From Pseudomonadota bacterium (lineage in GTDB: Bacteria > Bdellovibrionota > FAC87 > UBA2466): a DNA stretch of 34,838 nt. The notes beneath the pieces are model-generated. The model was given only the letters and a program-made list of their open reading frames with translations. It had not been told where the DNA came from and made no database searches. Where the stretch lies: positions 1 through 34,838 of the forward strand of contig JAYSWN010000077.1 in the NCBI GenBank assembly GCA_043718025.1, in the 5' to 3' direction. Positions 17,900 to 27,228 of the stretch are shown piece by piece. Both the position numbers and the translations under genes were made by a program. Within the stretch, counting starts at the first letter, position 1; each line of letters begins with the position of its first letter.

Positions 17900-19426
17900 T
17901 TACGCGGCCTGTTTGCGGGGGGGCATGCGAAAATTGATGTGGTAGCGGGTTGCGCTGCCCGCCCCAAATCTTAGAATGAACCCTTCTGAAATGGCGTTGG
18001 CGATTAAGCGAGCGGTGTGACGTGGGGTCAAGTTAAGTACCTTAGCGGCGTCGTGGATCGAAAATAAGGTGTCCCCTAGAGTGAAGAGAAGTTTGTTGGA
18101 GATGATCTTTCCGGCCGTCTCTTCGCTCCTTCTTCTTGCCAACCGTAAGGTTGTGTTGGTTCGCGCGGCCAAGCGATATTGGCCCTGGTTTTGTTCGATA
18201 AAAATCTCACTTTGATTTTCTTTCAGATGGTCTCGTAGCGTATGGATCGATTGGTGGATGCGCTTTTTGGAAGCGGTAGGGTTAAAATACTCCTCACGAT
18301 GCAGCTCGGCGAAAAGATGGGGCAACGTCGTTGGCCGGTAAAAATCAGAGACCAGGACTCCCATAATCTTCCAGCCCGCCGGCGAGGTTCGCAAACCGAG
18401 CCGCGTCTGTAATTCAATCGTCTGGGTGAAATCAAAAAGTTTCGCGTCTTTACCCTGAGGTCCGAGGCTCCAGTCAAAAGTCTCGGGCAAGTCAATCGGA
18501 GCCGGAAACTCACGGAAAAGGCGCCTACAAAAGGGTTCGCTGGGAGTTCCGAAACAAAGACGGATGGCCAGCTCCTTGTCGACGAGACAAATCGCTAGAT
18601 GGTAGTCGCAGTCGCGCACCGTTTCCCAGTGACGTCGAAGCATCGCCTCCTCGCGAATAGCTTTCAGCGGTGCTGAAATGGGGGTTCCCGCCCGCGTGCT
18701 TACGTTGAGTTTTAAGATGGCCTGCCATTTACGCACGAATAGCTCGTCAAGCGAGTTTTCTGGCATCACCTTCAAGGCGGAGGCCAATGTTTTTTCTGCC
18801 TCTGCCCATTGCTCAGTGCGAATAAAATATTGGGCGGAGAGTTCAAGCGCGTTTCCCAAAAAACGGTCCATCTTATGCTCAGAGGTTGTTTTTTCCAGCT
18901 GTTCAATTAATGGGAGCGCCTGATGAAAATCACGTTCGTGAATGAAACTAGCTAACAGATTCAATTGTCCAATCACTCGTTCACGCGGGGAAAGTAGCGA
19001 CTTGCCTAGATATTGGTTCAATAAGGGGATTACGGCTTCGTAGTCCCAGTTGGCGATAGAGGCGTGGGCGCGGTAGAGCAACACTTCAGGGTGTTCCTTA
19101 GGGCTTAAGCCTTCCAAAATATCGATTGCTTCATAAAGCGCGCCAATCTTGATCAGCGCGGCGGCATACACCGCGTTTTCTGCGATTGAAGCCGTTTCTA
19201 GATCGCCATCCGCCGGTCGGACCAGGGGACGCAGAAGGCGAATGGCCAGAAACGGGAAACCTGAGACTCGCGCCCAGCTGGCGAAACTTAACTTTTTCGT
19301 ACGAGGTATGTGATGAAGCGCGAGGTTCTGAAACTCAACGGCGGCCAGCGTGTTACTGCCGACCGCAATCAACTTTTCGATATGATTCATAATCTCAAGC
19401 GTCGATCTTTTGGCGGATTGAGACAT
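17900..19426 (-). CDS. TPR-repeat protein with C-terminal winged-HTH-like regions, probable transcriptional regulator
   Basis: 508 aa. TPR-like helices (YAAALIKIGALYEAIDIL; LYRAHASIANWDYEAVIPLL). OmpR-like segment RIHQSIHTLRDHL...GQYRL and terminal FSIHDAAKVLNLTPRHTARLI...GAGSATRY. Confidence 0.7.
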   Translation of the reverse strand: MSQSAKRSTLEIMNHIEKLIAVGSNTLAAVEFQNLALHHIPRTKKLSFASWARVSGFPFLAIRLLRPLVRPADGDLETASIAENAVYAAALIKIGALYEAIDILEGLSPKEHPEVLLYRAHASIANWDYEAVIPLLNQYLGKSLLSPRERVIGQLNLLASFIHERDFHQALPLIEQLEKTTSEHKMDRFLGNALELSAQYFIRTEQWAEAEKTLASALKVMPENSLDELFVRKWQAILKLNVSTRAGTPISAPLKAIREEAMLRRHWETVRDCDYHLAICLVDKELAIRLCFGTPSEPFCRRLFREFPAPIDLPETFDWSLGPQGKDAKLFDFTQTIELQTRLGLRTSPAGWKIMGVLVSDFYRPTTLPHLFAELHREEYFNPTASKKRIHQSIHTLRDHLKENQSEIFIEQNQGQYRLAARTNTTLRLARRRSEETAGKIISNKLLFTLGDTLFSIHDAAKVLNLTPRHTARLIANAISEGFILRFGAGSATRYHINFRMPPRKQAA

Positions 19427-19452
19427 CGTTATGAGCCCTTAGAAAATCCACC

Positions 19453-19466
19453 TAAAGTATACTTTA
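19453..19466. promoter_or_regulatory. Perfect 14-bp palindrome in the divergent gap: symmetric -10 element and/or operator
   Basis: TAAAGTATACTTTA contains TATACT on both strands. Confidence 0.55.
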
Positions 19467-19469
19467 TTC

Positions 19470-22439
19470 ATGGGACGTAAGTGGTTGAAAAATTGTGCTG
19501 ATCTCTTCACTCTTTGGTTAGCCAAGGGTCGCCTCATCGGACTTGTTTTGGTTCTGGTTTTTACCGTTTCGGGGTGCTTAAGACTAACTAGCAGCCGTCC
19601 CGTGGTGGGGGGCATCGGTGTGGCGGGTGACGATGGTCCCGCAGAAAAGAAAAATGGTCCCCGCGGCAACGGCGAAGGATACGGCATTACCCGAGGCCTA
19701 TTTGCAACCACTGATCAACCTCTGGAGATCGTTCTTAACCAAACCGATTCTGGCGGCGCCTTACCTCGGGGGCGCATCACCCTCACTTCGGCGCCCCGCC
19801 ATGGTTCGGTTGCTCCGCTCATTTTGGATGTTACGGTTGAAGCCGATACCGCTATCTACCTACCCATGGCTGGATACCGCGGCCGTGACAGCTTCACATA
19901 CTATTTGGAACCTGCCGATGGCAGCCCCGTAATCGAAGTGAATGTAATTGTGGATGTGTTGCAGTGCATGCGTATTCCCCGCGGCGCTAATTTGGCCTCC
20001 AACGTTCATATCATTAACACGCGATACATGCCGTCCGATGCTTTCCCCGCTGCTGAGGTAGAGGTTGTCGTTGCGCCAGCCCCCGGCCCAATTACTTTGG
20101 TGCTTGGTTCGTTTTCTCCCGCAGCCCGATGGAAAATTACTTTACAACCCAGCGCTGTGCTTTCAAGGGTGGTTGAGATCCATCCCCTAGGAAACCAGTC
20201 GCCAGTCATCGTGGGGACCACTGTCTTGATCGAACACCTTGAATATCAGGTCGACGGAATTACCGAAGCTATCCCGCTCGATTGGGTGGGACAAGAGGAA
20301 GTGAGTTTCGCGAAGTATGTAGGCTTTGTCCGAGACTATCTGGGCGCCGTGGAAATGACATACCAAACCACAGAATACTGGGCGAATATCCGGGTTCCGA
20401 TGAACGCCCGATCGGTTTCGACCGACGTCCATTATTCCCTCGCCGACCAAAACTGCAGTGCCATGTGCACCCCCATTACGGTGGAGCCGGGGCCTGTCCA
20501 TTGGGTACCAACTAGGGAAGGCAATGTCGCTATCAATGGGGTGTCGGCAACGGGGGCGAGCCGTTTCGGTAGTGTGTTCTCGACGAGCGTCGGCCGTTCG
20601 TGCGGGAAATACTATTTCGAATTTACGGTGGATGAAAAAACGACGGACGTTAGTGACGCTTATAATTTACTGTTCATGGGTTCTTACTATGAGAATGTGC
20701 TCGGAACGTACGGATACGAATCATTGGCAAGCGGGATGTTTTGGAATGAATCGGGCGCTGCACCCGCTTTTACCGTTGGTCAAACTATTGGGGTGGCGCT
20801 CAACCTTGACGAAGGAACCGTGGCGTATTTCCGCGACGGAAAACCACAAGCTTTTTCGCCGGTAGAAGAATCGACTTTTTATCGCCAATTCATCGACAAC
20901 CCACACAACTTTCCGTTTTTCAGCTCACTGAATTTATTGACCTATAACCCGGTGTTTCCCGCGGCCGCCTTGGTGACGGGGACGAAAATCACCGCCAATT
21001 TCGGTGTGACTCCGTTGAAGTATGCTCCGCCGAATGGTTTCTTTGCAGGGTGGCCGATCGCGGGCGAGGGAACGCAAGATATTTCAACGAATTTAACGGG
21101 CACTGATTATCAAATCACGCGAAATCTCTTTGCCAGTGAAAACCACAGCAGCCTTGTCAATTTATTGCAGAATGATCAGGGAGAGCTCTTTTCGATGCAA
21201 AGCGTTCAACTTACTCGAGCCCCTGAACATGGGGTGATCAAGGAGATGGCGTTTGGTGCGACATACTTAAATGGCAACGCTACTTACATTCCGGATGGCG
21301 ATTATACGGGACCAGATTTTTGGCAATACGATATTCAGGAGGCTAACGGCGATCGCATCACCGTAAAGGTAAAAGTTGACGTTCTGGTTTGTAAGCGAGC
21401 TCCCAATGGACTGGCAATTTCTGACGCTATGCACGTGGTTGTGGTCTCTCCGAAGACTAAATACAACTCGGTCACGAAACAGAACGACTTGGTGGTGGAC
21501 GATTCTATTCCGGTAAGGGTTGCGGCAACTGGCTCGCCGCTGACGCTCTATTTGGGCGGTAACGTAAAGCAGTGGGTGATCCAGCCCGACCCCGGCGCTC
21601 AGATCGAAAAAATCTTCACCATGCAATTTGGTAGTGCCCCTACCGTTATCGGAACTAACGCCCCGGTCGTCTCTATTCAGTCAAATTACTTTTCAGCAAC
21701 CGGAATGTATGGGAGCCCCCTGGCGGCTCCGATTGCGCTCGCACGCGCTCAATCGGGCAAACTTGAGACCTCATTTCAACAATGCAGAGAGGTAAGGTCC
21801 TTTCGGATTCCGTTTAGCCCGACCTCACTGGAGACCTCCTGTGGTTCACCGTACATCTCGGAGCGACCAGAACATTATTCCTACGCGATGCAACAGTGCA
21901 CAGGACAGTGCAACCCAGTCTTGTCGGAGGCCGGACCAAGCCACCTGACCCAAATTATCCCCCCTTACGTTCCTTACGCCATCAGCCCGATCCTAGCGAA
22001 TGGAGGTTTGACGGCGAGCACTCCAGCGGGAATCAATTTCATTCAGACCGAAAGCGTTCTCAGCGTCGGTTCTGTGGGTTGGTCCTGTGGAAAAAGGTAT
22101 TTTGAGGTGACTATTAATGTTCCGGATTCTGATGTGGATGAAATCGATCGGCTTTATCCCGCAGCGGGAATTGGAGATCTGGCTTATCTGGCTGACGGGG
22201 CTGGGGGCTCCCTTGATGGGTTTTTAATCGGCGCGACAACTGGAGTGGCGGTGGACTTGGATGCCGGAACAATCTCGTTCAATTACGCTGGCACGACGTC
22301 GACCCGCACCTATAATATAAGTGATAGATTCCATTCGATGTTTCCCTTTATCCAACTGGGAACCGATATGAAAATGACGATAAACTTTGGTGCGTCCTCG
22401 TTTCAGTACAGCCCACCCCCGGGTTACGTGGGTTGGTAA
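19470..22439 (+). CDS. Lipoprotein with two tandem [Ig-like (Big_9/cadherin-like) + unknown + SPRY] units
   Basis: Lipobox VSGC. Ig motifs APRHG...YLPMAGYRGRDSFTY and APEHG...YIPDGDYTGPDFWQY. SPRY motifs GKYYFEF...IGVALNLDEGTVAYFRDG...ANFG...YAPPNGF and GKRYFEV...GVAVDLDAGTISF...INFG...YSPPPGY. Confidence 0.8.
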   Translation: MGRKWLKNCADLFTLWLAKGRLIGLVLVLVFTVSGCLRLTSSRPVVGGIGVAGDDGPAEKKNGPRGNGEGYGITRGLFATTDQPLEIVLNQTDSGGALPRGRITLTSAPRHGSVAPLILDVTVEADTAIYLPMAGYRGRDSFTYYLEPADGSPVIEVNVIVDVLQCMRIPRGANLASNVHIINTRYMPSDAFPAAEVEVVVAPAPGPITLVLGSFSPAARWKITLQPSAVLSRVVEIHPLGNQSPVIVGTTVLIEHLEYQVDGITEAIPLDWVGQEEVSFAKYVGFVRDYLGAVEMTYQTTEYWANIRVPMNARSVSTDVHYSLADQNCSAMCTPITVEPGPVHWVPTREGNVAINGVSATGASRFGSVFSTSVGRSCGKYYFEFTVDEKTTDVSDAYNLLFMGSYYENVLGTYGYESLASGMFWNESGAAPAFTVGQTIGVALNLDEGTVAYFRDGKPQAFSPVEESTFYRQFIDNPHNFPFFSSLNLLTYNPVFPAAALVTGTKITANFGVTPLKYAPPNGFFAGWPIAGEGTQDISTNLTGTDYQITRNLFASENHSSLVNLLQNDQGELFSMQSVQLTRAPEHGVIKEMAFGATYLNGNATYIPDGDYTGPDFWQYDIQEANGDRITVKVKVDVLVCKRAPNGLAISDAMHVVVVSPKTKYNSVTKQNDLVVDDSIPVRVAATGSPLTLYLGGNVKQWVIQPDPGAQIEKIFTMQFGSAPTVIGTNAPVVSIQSNYFSATGMYGSPLAAPIALARAQSGKLETSFQQCREVRSFRIPFSPTSLETSCGSPYISERPEHYSYAMQQCTGQCNPVLSEAGPSHLTQIIPPYVPYAISPILANGGLTASTPAGINFIQTESVLSVGSVGWSCGKRYFEVTINVPDSDVDEIDRLYPAAGIGDLAYLADGAGGSLDGFLIGATTGVAVDLDAGTISFNYAGTTSTRTYNISDRFHSMFPFIQLGTDMKMTINFGASSFQYSPPPGYVGW

Positions 22440-22537
22440 TCTCAACGCGGATCGGTTTTTGGTGCGGTCCTTCTATAGGTAAGTCGTCATTTGAGCCCGC
22501 TACGCCGTGCGCCAAAGTACTTCACTCGATTCGGGGA

Positions 22538-23671
22538 TCATGAAACGGCGCCTCCCAGTTCAAGCAACGCTTTTGAAATTTTGTTAATCTGAATCGCCGG
22601 ATCGCATAGCCGATGGGCCCGTTCAAAACCGTGAAGGCCCATCCTGCCGCGTCTCTCCGGGCTTTGGATCAGTTCGTAGAGAGCTTTCGCTACCGAAAGG
22701 GCACTGCCCGCGTCGGTCCACAGCGCGCAATCGGAATCGGCCAACTCACTCACCCCACCAAGTTTCGTGGTTACCAGGGGAAGCCTCGCCAACATGCTCT
22801 CGGCAAAGACAATTCCGAAAGCTTCCGCTCCGATATTAGGCTGACAATAAATGTCAGCCGCCGCATAGACTTCGTTCATCGATGATTGATGGCCAATGAA
22901 AATAAGATGCTCCAGAATTCCCGCTGCCTTTGCGGTGGCCTTTAGATTCGCCACTAAATGAATTTCTTGCTCGCTCTGTGGCTCCGAGGCCAGCCAACAT
23001 TTCCAGCTGAACTGGCCCAAATTTAATCTATTCAACTCAATCAGGGCGTCTATTAAAACCGCGTGGCCTTTACAGCGATCAAATCGCGCGGCCTGCAAAA
23101 TAACCACATCTGATTTTGTAGCGCCGAGCCGGTCGCGAACCATTTGTCGGGTTGCCGAAACCGACGATTGTCTCAATTCGATGGGAGGAAAAATAATTTT
23201 TGCGGGCACATCCCGAAAAAGACTTCGCACCGTTGCCAGCGTAAATTCGCTGTTGGCCACAATTAAGTTGGGGCGAGTAAGGCGTCCGAGGCGCTGGATC
23301 CAATGCGTTGGTGAAGGGGCATCGTGCTGCCACAGAATCTGCTTTATTTTCATTTTTACCAGCACCGGGGCGCACACCGAATGCACCCAGCCACCATGAT
23401 TGATCACGGCATCAAACTTGTTTTCGACGAGTAGTTTTTTTAGAGCTCGCCGCGATTTTAAAATGGTCCACGGGCGGCTCCAGCGCGGCTCTCCTAAAAG
23501 AGTGCTTTGTGCACCCAGCTTCTTCAGCTCCGCCGAAAATCGCCCTTCGTAAAATAGGCCAAAATGAAATTCGATATCGGGAGCCAGCTCTTTTCGCTCG
23601 GTAAGATTCAAAAGGAAGCGCTCGACCCCGCCAAATAAGCGGCTGGTCGTCAGGTGCAGCACTTTTATCAT
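22538..23671 (-). CDS. GT4-family glycosyltransferase
   Basis: KVLHL...GGVER, KGH, EAFGIVFAE (EX7E), GGVSE. Confidence 0.93.
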   Translation of the reverse strand: MIKVLHLTTSRLFGGVERFLLNLTERKELAPDIEFHFGLFYEGRFSAELKKLGAQSTLLGEPRWSRPWTILKSRRALKKLLVENKFDAVINHGGWVHSVCAPVLVKMKIKQILWQHDAPSPTHWIQRLGRLTRPNLIVANSEFTLATVRSLFRDVPAKIIFPPIELRQSSVSATRQMVRDRLGATKSDVVILQAARFDRCKGHAVLIDALIELNRLNLGQFSWKCWLASEPQSEQEIHLVANLKATAKAAGILEHLIFIGHQSSMNEVYAAADIYCQPNIGAEAFGIVFAESMLARLPLVTTKLGGVSELADSDCALWTDAGSALSVAKALYELIQSPERRGRMGLHGFERAHRLCDPAIQINKISKALLELGGAVS

Positions 23672-23679
23672 GGGTGAAT

Positions 23680-23766
23680 TCTAACACAGGGGCTATTGGA
23701 CGGGGGCGAGTCAGAACCGAGGGGGGTAGTGTTGAGCCGGCTATTTTCGCCGTTTTGCGGCGGCCG
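23680..23766 (+). repeat. Diverged direct repeat, copy 1 (contains the GT4 promoter region and a relic of the GT2 3' end)
   Basis: Aligns with 24483-24566. TCTAACACAGG is identical, and 23711-23766 vs 24511-24566 match at 47/56 including GGCTATTTTCGCCGTTTTGC. Confidence 0.85.
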
Positions 23767-23911
23767 GACTTGAATTCTCAAGGCCACGAATATTCATCGT
23801 ACCGAATCAGATGAAAAACAGATGATAACACCCTCGCTTTTTCAGAATTGCCAAGCGACAGTCAAACCCCTAGCTTCGGCAACATCAGCTTTAATATGAG
23901 GAGTGGGAATT

Positions 23912-24328
23912 ATGTTGTTTAAAAACTTGTTGGTGGCTAGTTCGTGTCTTTTCCTGTCGGGTACGATTCTTGGGGCGGATGTCGCAGCGGCTCCGAGAAT
24001 CTCGGTTATTTGTTCTCATACCATGCCGGGGGTAGAAGGATTTGAGTTGGTGAGGGTGGGCGCGCGCAAATCAATAGGAAAAAGTGAGCACCGTTCCCAT
24101 CGCGGCGATCACAGCTACCAGGCCACTTACACACGGGCTTCTCAGCGATTAAATGTTCGAGTGGTTAAAGTGGATGAAGACGGGGAAGAGGGTAGGTTTT
24201 TGGCGTCGCTCGACATCAAACTACCACCTTCTGAATACGTACGAATGATTCTGGGTACCTCGGCCAACGAGGGCGGGGAAGCCGCGGAACCCAACGAAGT
24301 GGTATGTAACGCTATAGCCGCTCCGTAA
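23912..24328 (+). CDS. Small exported hypothetical protein inside the repeat-bounded segment
   Basis: 138 aa from the ATG at 23912 behind GAGGAG. Signal peptide, with one Cys near each end of the mature part. Confidence 0.7.
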   Translation: MLFKNLLVASSCLFLSGTILGADVAAAPRISVICSHTMPGVEGFELVRVGARKSIGKSEHRSHRGDHSYQATYTRASQRLNVRVVKVDEDGEEGRFLASLDIKLPPSEYVRMILGTSANEGGEAAEPNEVVCNAIAAP

Positions 24329-24482
24329 AAATCAGCGGTGGCACGCCTCACCAAACAGAAGTCTTATACTTTCCGAACGCCGAAGAGTGCCGACTACGGA
24401 GTTGAACCGCCTCGCAGAAAAAGGACGTGGGCCCATTTTTTCTAAAGTTACTGTACGAGGCCGGAAGTGGGGAAAACAAACG

Positions 24483-24566
24483 TCTAACACAGGCGCTTTA
24501 AGGCGGCGAGTCACAACCGGGGAGGGCAGGGTTCAGCGGGCTATTTTCGCCGTTTTGCCGCGGACG
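24483..24566 (+). repeat. Diverged direct repeat, copy 2 (overlaps the true stop of the GT2 gene)
   Basis: See copy 1. The offset is 800-803 bp. Confidence 0.85.
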
Positions 24567-25359
24567 AGCTTCGGAGCGGCCTCTCTGAAGCCTTGATTTC
24601 GGCTGTATTTAACGTTGAGTGAAGTGCGTACTTTCCATTCAGTTCATTAAGACCGATCGCTCCCAAATCCCAGAACAGGCGCACGCCATCGCGAATAACG
24701 TGGACGCTGGAGGGGCCCTGATTGCGAAGTTGCACCGGCAGGCGTTTGATCGAGTAATGCCGTTTCAGGGCGATATGAATCAGCTCCACATCAAAACCAA
24801 AGCCGTTGATGCTACAAACGGAAAACAGGTCTTCAGCGACACTTGCTTGAAAGCCTTTGAGTCCACACTGGGTGTCGTGCCAGCGCTCTGCGAGAAGCAG
24901 ACTCACAAATTGAGAATAGAGGCCGCTGCCCAATCGCCGCACGAGGGGCACCTTAGTGAAGTAAGAAGACTGCGGCAGGTTGCGATCGCCCACCACCAGG
25001 TGAAAATTTTTATGGGTGAGGTACCACAGCATCTGTTCAAGGGCCTGCGGTTCAAAAGGGATGTCGGCGTCGGTGAAAATTCTGCTTTTCCCCCGAGCCT
25101 GAAGCATTCCCATTCGGACGGCGGCCCCCTTACCTAGGTTGAGTGGGAGGCTAAGGTAGTCGCACCCTAAAACTTTGGCCACCGCTTCGGTTTGTCCCGC
25201 ATCGTTGCTACCGTCATCGCAAATGATCACCTGGCTAGAAATACGATTTAACGCCAAGAAATTGAGCAGAAGCGGCAAATTTTCTTTGAGAACTTGGGCG
25301 TGTTTATACGCCGGTATAATCACGCTAAGTTTTGGAACTGATTTGGAACGACTCTTCAT
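24541..25359 (-). CDS. GT2 polyprenol-phosphate hexose synthase (DPM/DPG-synthase-like)
   Basis: LSVIIPAY, DDGSND, NLGKGAAV, FTDAD, DTQCGLK, FGFDVE. Start placed at the ATG at 25359 (ORF is open from 25440). Confidence 0.88.
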   Translation of the reverse strand: MKSRSKSVPKLSVIIPAYKHAQVLKENLPLLLNFLALNRISSQVIICDDGSNDAGQTEAVAKVLGCDYLSLPLNLGKGAAVRMGMLQARGKSRIFTDADIPFEPQALEQMLWYLTHKNFHLVVGDRNLPQSSYFTKVPLVRRLGSGLYSQFVSLLLAERWHDTQCGLKGFQASVAEDLFSVCSINGFGFDVELIHIALKRHYSIKRLPVQLRNQGPSSVHVIRDGVRLFWDLGAIGLNELNGKYALHSTLNTAEIKASERPLRSSSAAKRRK

Positions 25360-25464
25360 AATGACCCGCGTCGGTTCTTTTAAAGAAATAGCACACTGTG
25401 TTATCGACCATTTTTTGTTAATACTTAAGTCACGGTTCAAGGCAAGTCGGTCGATAAGACAAGG

Positions 25465-27225
25465 ATGCGGTCCGTCGTCACATCCGTTATTGCCCCTTTA
25501 GGCTCGCTTTTAAAGCGGGGGCTAACTCGTTGCGGCCGTCTGAAGTTGTCTGATTTCGTTTTTGTTGGCTTCGCCCTCATTTTTTCAACCGGCTTGATGT
25601 GGCACACTTTCAAGTATGAAGCGAACGGCCTTTATTTAAAAATTTCTAACCACATCTGGAGTGATTTTTTAGCCCACCTTCCGATCATTCGTTCTTTTTC
25701 TTATGGCCACAACTGGCCGCCGGAATACCCGTTCTATCCCGGTGAGCCGATGCGGTATCATTTTCTCTTCGATGCCATAATTGGTGGGCTAGAAAAACTG
25801 GGGCTACCGCTAGACTGGGCGCTAAATCTACCCAGTGTTCTGTCTTTGCTGAGTCTGCTTATCGTTGTCTACGCGTTTGCCGTTTATCTTTACCGAGATC
25901 GGCGGGTGGCGTGGCTTTCGGCGCTGCTACTTTTGTTCAATGGATCGGGCGCCTTTGTTAATTTCTTGGTTAAACATCACGATTCAAAAAACCTGTGGTT
26001 CGCTTTTTGGAATCTAGCGCACTTTCCGGCGTTTGGTCCCTACGATGGTTCAGAGATTACCGCCTTCTGGAATTTGAACGTCTTCACCAACCAGAGGCAC
26101 CTGGCCGCCGCTCTGGCCTACGTCATCTTGCTTTGCCTGCTTACCCTGTGGCTGCAAGAAAAACCGAAGCGGCTGCAAAGCCGGCTGGGCATGCTCTTTG
26201 GCCTAGGCGCGGGGCTCTTTCCTTTCTTTCATCAGCCGGCGCTTTTTATGATGGCGTTAACCTCGTTCGTCTATCTGCTATTGGTTCCCGCTTCGCGTCG
26301 GTTTTTACTCGTTTTTGGCGCTACCACTACTCTCGTGGTTGCGCTTCAGATTCCGTTCTTAATTAAAATAACGACCGGAGAGGGCAGCCCCATCATTTTT
26401 TATCCGGGCTATCAAATTCATAACTCGTTGAGCCTTTCTCATTTTCTAAGCTACTGGATCAAGAACCTGGGGATTCATTCCGTGCTTATTCCGCTCGGAA
26501 TTTTTTTATCTCCAAAAAAAGTGCGACTCGCCTACGTGCCGGCGATGCTCATTTTTATATTTGCGTGCTTGGTGCGCTTTAGGGGCGAGGTTGAACTCAA
26601 TCATAAGTTCTTCAACTTCAGCGTCATCGTGGGGCAAATGGCATCGGCCTATTTGTTGATTCGGCTGTTGGACGCCGCTCGCCTTAGTCGGAAAAGGCTA
26701 GCCGGCGACCCTCAATTACGCACGCTGGTGCCGGCCGTGCTTTATTCCATCTTTTCCGTCGCCTTGCTGGCTTCGGTTCTCTCGGGAGTGCTAGACTTAG
26801 CGGTAATTAAAAATACCGGGTACCATTCGGTAAAAGATCTCGCCGGCGATGATGTGGCTAGGTGGATCGAGAAAAACACCTCTCCCCGCGCGGTTTTTCT
26901 CAATTCGCAATTTGGGTATAGCTCGCCTTCAATGGCCGGGCGCCCGATTCTGCTGGGCTGGCCCTATTTTGCCAAAAGCTTGGGTTACGATGTGACTAAG
27001 CGCGAGAAGATGGCCAAGATTATTTTTGCAGGAAATAGCCCGCAAATTTTTTGCCCGCTTTTGCATCAACTCAATGCTTCGTTCGTAATGATCGAGCAAA
27101 ACCGGGACGCCAATTTCCCCGACATGAACGTGGCGTACTTCACGGCCAATTTTGTCCCGGAGTATTTGAGTAAAGACGGTAAGGTTTCGGTCTTTAGCAC
27201 GGCGCAGCTTTGTCTAAAAAAATAG
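25465..27225 (+). CDS. Polytopic membrane protein, probable GT-C-fold glycosyltransferase
   Basis: 586 aa, many TM segments. First loop WSDFLAH...YHFLFD, soluble C-terminal domain. Divergent from the DPM-like GT2. Confidence 0.6.
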   Translation: MRSVVTSVIAPLGSLLKRGLTRCGRLKLSDFVFVGFALIFSTGLMWHTFKYEANGLYLKISNHIWSDFLAHLPIIRSFSYGHNWPPEYPFYPGEPMRYHFLFDAIIGGLEKLGLPLDWALNLPSVLSLLSLLIVVYAFAVYLYRDRRVAWLSALLLLFNGSGAFVNFLVKHHDSKNLWFAFWNLAHFPAFGPYDGSEITAFWNLNVFTNQRHLAAALAYVILLCLLTLWLQEKPKRLQSRLGMLFGLGAGLFPFFHQPALFMMALTSFVYLLLVPASRRFLLVFGATTTLVVALQIPFLIKITTGEGSPIIFYPGYQIHNSLSLSHFLSYWIKNLGIHSVLIPLGIFLSPKKVRLAYVPAMLIFIFACLVRFRGEVELNHKFFNFSVIVGQMASAYLLIRLLDAARLSRKRLAGDPQLRTLVPAVLYSIFSVALLASVLSGVLDLAVIKNTGYHSVKDLAGDDVARWIEKNTSPRAVFLNSQFGYSSPSMAGRPILLGWPYFAKSLGYDVTKREKMAKIIFAGNSPQIFCPLLHQLNASFVMIEQNRDANFPDMNVAYFTANFVPEYLSKDGKVSVFSTAQLCLKK

Positions 27226-27228
27226 CCA

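Noticed and set aside
23679..24537. Direct repeats as integron attC sites (TTCTAAC...GTTGAGC spans 59 bp; GTCTAAC...GTTCAGC spans 56 bp)
   Set aside because: The interiors are G-rich on both arms and cannot form the L-box stem, there is no integrase in the window, and the repeat extends into GT2 coding sequence.
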